From the NCBI GenBank assembly GCA_051294375.1, contig JBJCIZ010000782.1:1-26474 (forward strand): a stretch of DNA of 26,474 nucleotides, written 5' to 3'. Numbering within the stretch: the stretch's first letter is position 1; every line of letters begins with the position of its first letter. This document shows positions 21,221 to 26,474 of this stretch, in pieces. The position numbers and the translations under genes were made by a program. The notes beneath the pieces are model-generated. The model had not been told where the DNA came from. It ran no database searches and saw only the letters and a list, made by a program, of their open reading frames with translations. Origin of the DNA: Paraspadella gotoi (Eukaryota > Animalia > Chaetognatha).

Positions 21221-22977
21221 CATTCAACTAACAAATTTTGTTATTACCCATTTAAAAAAATGATTAAAAACAGAATGTTAACATATAAATAAAAACTTTA
21301 TTTTTTATGTAAATATGGAACCTGCCAGATATAACCGTATTTTCTCGCAAGCTAATTAGCTCTCAGTACATCAATGATACCTTATTGTTACTTTATGTTT
21401 TCGATCGACACCATAACATGACCCCTCTATAACATACTCATAAATACTTAAACATGTTCTTAACCGGCTAAATTGTATCTAAGATCGCGAGTAACTTTTA
21501 TACATCAGTTTTAACTTAATTTAGAAAAGTATAATATTGTAACAACAATCTTACATCATTATACTTTACAACGGCTATATATTACATCTTATAATACTCT
21601 GTTCTGCATATCTTCTCATTTTCCAGAATAGCACTTAGCTTTACACATATTTTAGAGGTTGTGTAAATATAGACACATGACGATCTGTCTACCTCGAGCA
21701 AATTACTAACTCAGTAACATCACCCTCACCTCTCCTGGATAAGATTACCTATCAAGATATAAGTCGTGAATAAATCTTACCTAACTACAGAATTTTCTTC
21801 ATTATCAGCCTCATAGCAAAATAAGCAAATTATACAAAACAAGGATAAAGGAAGAATAAAACCACAAGTTTCTAATTCGAGATATTGCATATATTTTTGT
21901 ATTTCTCTTCTTTCGTCTCTCACTTTCTCTTTTTCTCTTCATTATTTATCTTCATATATTTTTCTAGTCGTTAGTTCTTGAAACCCTTGTTATTTCTGTT
22001 TTTATTTTTCTATAAACATGACCATAAATAGAAATTATGAATAGTTAATTTATTGATTGAATGTTTCATTGGGATCAAATTATCAAAAGATTTATTGATT
22101 ATTGAATATTTTTTTCAGCTTTTATTAAAAAATATATCATGATTGAAGGATAGTTTTAGTTAGCTTAATGTCCTTAAAACTCCCTTATTAGTTTTTTTAT
22201 TAATACTGTTTTCATTCATTTTGCTCTTATTTACAGTTGCTTCTTTGTTCGTTTAAAAGGCCTGAAATAAAAAGTAGCAAAATGCGAATTTATTTCATAC
22301 AAAATTTAATGCAAAGAGAATGTATGCAACTATTTGGCATTTGCATATATATTATATTTCAATATGTTCTTTGAACTCCGGGAGAGCGTTGATAGGTGGA
22401 AGAGAAAGGCCTCCTGTCCCCGGAGGAAGTCTCCTTCTGACAGCGTGATAAACAGAACAGCCTCACGCCACATGCCAGCTCACTGCCATGCCCGTAATAC
22501 TTTAAACAATCGCTGTTACACTCCAATCCGCCCTGCAACTCGCCGACACGCTGTAAACACCTCTACGGTAAACGAACAGCACCGATTTATTATATCATTA
22601 TATAACTTAACCTTTTCTTATCAGAAATCAATAATATCTATCATTTCTTTAATTTAAAAAAATCTCTTTATATAGTTTGTCTTAAAATAAATATCCATTA
22701 ACAGCTCTTTTTTCTTTGTTAATATGTCACTTTTCTGATATAAGTGGTCAACATTCAAAAATATAACTAAAACATAAAATTAAATAAATGCATTTGGAAT
22801 TAATTTTACCCAAGAAAAAGCATTTATCAAAAAAATATGAAGAAATGTAATCATTAAATGGATGCTTTCAAAGTATTTAAAAATATACCTCTATAATAAA
22901 CCATATTAAAATTTGGCGAATACTTGAAAAAGGCGCTCAATAACAAAGTTAACCAGTCTTTTTGGTTTTTCTTGCTT

Positions 22978-23060
22978 AATAATTATTATTTTATTATATT
23001 ATATTATATTATTATTATTATATATTATTATTATTATAATATTATCATTATTTTTTTTTT
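22978..23060. repeat. (TAT)n microsatellite
   Basis: Imperfect tat/tta repeats. Confidence 0.9.
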
Positions 23061-23859
23061 ATATTTGAATTTACTTAAGTATCAAACCACGAAAAGCAAA
23101 TCGGATTGGAGGCTCAAGCGATCTCTGGCAAGAATGAACCAATAAATCGTGATTAGTCGGATGAACTAGAATCAACAACAGCTTGCAGAATCATTGGAAC
23201 TTCTCAAATAAAATCTCATCTCTCGATTTTGCCCCAAAAATCAATCGGCTCTGCACGGTCGGTGCTTCTAATTGTCGGCTTCGGTTATGTTGGTTATAAA
23301 TATAAGACGGAATTTGATTTGCCAGTGAAGTTAAATAACAAAGGCTAAGTTTTTTTGTGTCATTCATGTGATTGAGAAGGAAAAATATTGAACAAATAAA
23401 GTCACTTGCGGCGCTACACATTGGATATCACCATTTCCCCTGTTCCTTTAATGTGGGTGGCAGTAGTAGATACGACACCCACACCTTGCAATACTAAGAA
23501 CACACACGGACAACATGACAACCAATGACGAATGAAGGTTCCACCTGTATTCTTGGTGAAAGGGACCTCTCTGCACTAAAGTCAATCTAAATGACTGAAG
23601 GTCAATTCAAGTCACCAGATGTTATTACTTTATTTTTAGTCAGATCTTGATTTATCAGCAGTTTCTGACTAAATTTCACTTGCCGGAGTCATCGGTCCCA
23701 CCCCAAAATCTTTCATTATAAAATCATTATTTATCACATAGAGAAACCTCGAATATATTAAATTAAGCAAAATAAAACAATGTCCGTCGCTTTGTCTCTT
23801 AGCAAAAAACTCAATTACTCGTGACTTGAATGGATAGAATAGAATGAAATTAAAGATTT

Positions 23860-25210
23860 GATTGGAAATCATGCAAGTGGAAATGAGTTAATGGAAAAAC
23901 ATAAGTACATAACTAAAAATTTTTTACTTCAATTTATAACCTATAATTACGCGAAGTATCATAATTGAGTATGAATATATGAGATGAAATTTTGTTGGGA
24001 GGTAGGAAAGTGTGTGACGAAGCTGGATATAAAATTTAATGAAATCATCAAGCAGAATTCGAGTTTAAACGGAAAAAACATATGTACAGTCCAATCATGT
24101 GGATCATTTTATTATTTTAACCATAACGACTCAAATTAATCCTATGGTGGATAATTTGGGAAGAAATTTTGTGTGCGAGTGTAGGAAAGTGTGAGATTGG
24201 AGCAGTATAAAATGTCTCAATGGAATCGGGAGTGGAAAATGAGTCTCTGCATTGAAAAACCAAAAGATCGACGTTGACTTGAATGCTTTATTATTCTGCT
24301 TATTGCATAAATGTTTTAATTACTAGTTAAGTAAGAATGAACAATTTGAAAAAAAATGATTGCAATTTAAACTAACTGCATGTTTAAACAATATTTACTG
24401 CAAGCTTGCATAATTTTTTAACCTTACATGAATTTTTAAACTTCCCATATATTTTTCAAGGTTGAAAAAATGATCGCAAGTTGAAAAAATGATGCAAGTT
24501 ACAAAACGATACGAGTTTGAAAAAATGAATGTGAGTTTAAAAAATTTGTGAGCTGAAAACATCTCGATTGTTAAATTTAAATAAGTTTGATCAAACAATG
24601 TCGAATCTGCCACGATCATTATCGGTAAATAATTAATTAATAATTCAAATTGATTCAAGGTAATTAATTAAGCAACTTAATTAATTAAATGACCCAAATG
24701 TTTGTTTTTAGGTCTTTTCGTCACTAACGCACGACATAAGCAATGATCGATGATCGAGAATAATGCGATATGAAGCTTGACTTGATTCTGATTGAACTGA
24801 TTTTAATTATGTTTTCATTTAATGATTGACTCATTGATTAATTTATTGATAATTAATACATCATTGGAAAACTTTACACTTTTGATCATAAAGGAAAAAA
24901 TAAGCATAAATCAGATTTAGTGCAATCAGGCTTGTGTTTTTTCCATCTTAAACTCATTTCTACCAGATCGATTCCATTGGAAACTGATTCCAGCTTAACT
25001 CAACACACTTTTCGCGTACCCAACATTACCAAATTCAAGGATTCCAAATCGGCCATCACTCATGAGCAATGGTGTGTTCAAATAGTGAACAATATTAGTT
25101 TTGTTGTTTTTTCCATTTAAACTCTTTTCCACTCGAACGATTCCACTCAAAACTACATATTCAGCTCAATCACACACTTCCCTACCACACACAAATTTTC
25201 ATGTCAAAAT
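23860..25210. mobile_element. Foldback/MITE-like structure: degenerate tandem units as inverted arms around an AT-rich core with an 18-19 bp minisatellite
   Basis: Plus units at about 23860-23905 (partial), 23985-24090 and 24160-24265 (gtaggaaagtgtg...tggaatc...gagtggaaa.gagtttaaa.ggaaaaaaca); inverted copies at about 24930-25035 and 25100-25205; aagttgaaaaaatgatgc repeats at 24457-24560. Confidence 0.6.
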
Positions 25211-26474
25211 CCATCCATCCAATTAACAAGTTAATTGGTGTTTTTGCTAAGGTGGTACGGCACGGAGGACAGATGGGGTGGATCAGACATCATTTTTTTT
25301 GCATAATTATCATAATTCGATGTTCTGACATGATATAAGGTGTATACACTGCCCGGACAATATGAGGGGGCGGACCGACGGACCAACAAAATGAATACTA
25401 TAGAGTCGAGATCTTGCTCTTTTATCAGATCGACTAAAAATAACAAGTGAAAAACGTATATGCCGGTTTTGAAAAAATTATGCAAGTTGAAATAAAGATG
25501 CAATGTACTATGTCTATAATTATTTATACCATAGTAACAGCTTCAGTTTAATCGGTGAAAGCGATTTACATTGTATTTGGCGCAGCCACCGGGGTTGATT
25601 TAGATGTATATGGTATGATGTTATGATCAGTTTAATATCACAAATATTAAAGAATATATCGTGATTTATCATCTGATTAGCTGCTAATTATCATAGGCGG
25701 ATCCGACATGTTTGCTCAACTTGTTATTAATTCATGAATGTATGATTACAATTTTTTTTTTCAGATCCCTACTTATAGTTCCGTTTGCTTTACTACAAAT
25801 AGAGCAAAAAAAAGCCCTGGATCTTAAAGTTTCATTGGCAGAAAAATACAAAGGTTACTCACATAATATAAATTCTGAATTATTAAAGCAAAAACAAGTA
25901 AAACTAAGTTTTAAAAAAACCCTTTCACGGCTGCTTCCCGAAACCTCTTAACGATGTTAGTATTGGTATTATTCTCAATTTCCCCTCGATTCCCCTACAT
26001 TATTAAATATGTTCTCAAAATTCCTCCGCGCTCCTGTCGATTCGCGCCTCGCGTGCCTTGCCTCTTCCTCCTACCTTATCTTCTCCATATATCCTCCTCT
26101 TCTTCCTCTTTTCCTCGCTTCTCCGCGGACGCTGCTCGTGCCCTCCTGGCATTTCAGTTTTTGCTTTCCCTCCTCGATAGCACCTCGTTCCTCGATTATT
26201 TTTAGTGATTTATGGGTTACCTTGGAGATCCGGGGTCATACAAGTAGGTTATTAAATAGTTAGTAAATATTTATCGAATTCCTCTTACTGCTTTATATTA
26301 AATAGCTTAGCTAATAGTATAGAATGCTTCGATGTACGTTATTGACTGTTAATCGTTTTGCTTCAGCTTTCAAACCCTACTACATCGATGTTCTGTACTT
26401 TTACTCTACTAAATAATACACTACAATGGTTAAAGCATTTCCCTCGACTTCATTTCCTTAGATATATTTCACTT

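Noticed and set aside
22924-23145. 73-aa Tyr/Ile-rich ORF
   Set aside because: Translation of the (TAT)n microsatellite.
25954-26263. Overlapping plus-strand ORFs and an R/G/E-rich minus frame
   Set aside because: Low-complexity CT-rich sequence with no recognisable motif.

Overview
Eukaryotic, AT-rich, repeat-dense window (probably an invertebrate; short AT-rich introns). About 0.2-16.4 kb is a minus-strand Bel/Pao (Belpaoviridae) LTR retrotransposon. It carries a long Gag with three zinc knuckles, protease, RT, RNase H and integrase. Where I translated across breaks, they are mostly 1-bp indels, often in homopolymers. Two things go beyond the standard layout. (1) The 5' leader holds an array of about 16 small hairpins with a shared bulge-G-loop-C architecture and covarying stems, just downstream of a candidate major splice donor. 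(2) About 2.7 kb between the integrase stop and the presumed 3' end holds intron-containing accessory ORFs; the best one has SILK- and RVxF-like PP1-docking motifs. Pol is interrupted by a noisy plus-strand fragment of a second, related Bel/Pao gag, and one pol segment is displaced next to a 25-N gap, which suggests gap-filling artefacts. The right third holds a Penelope-type minimal hammerhead ribozyme, microsatellites, an unassigned degenerate coding-like block and a foldback-like inverted repeat. No intact host gene was recognised.
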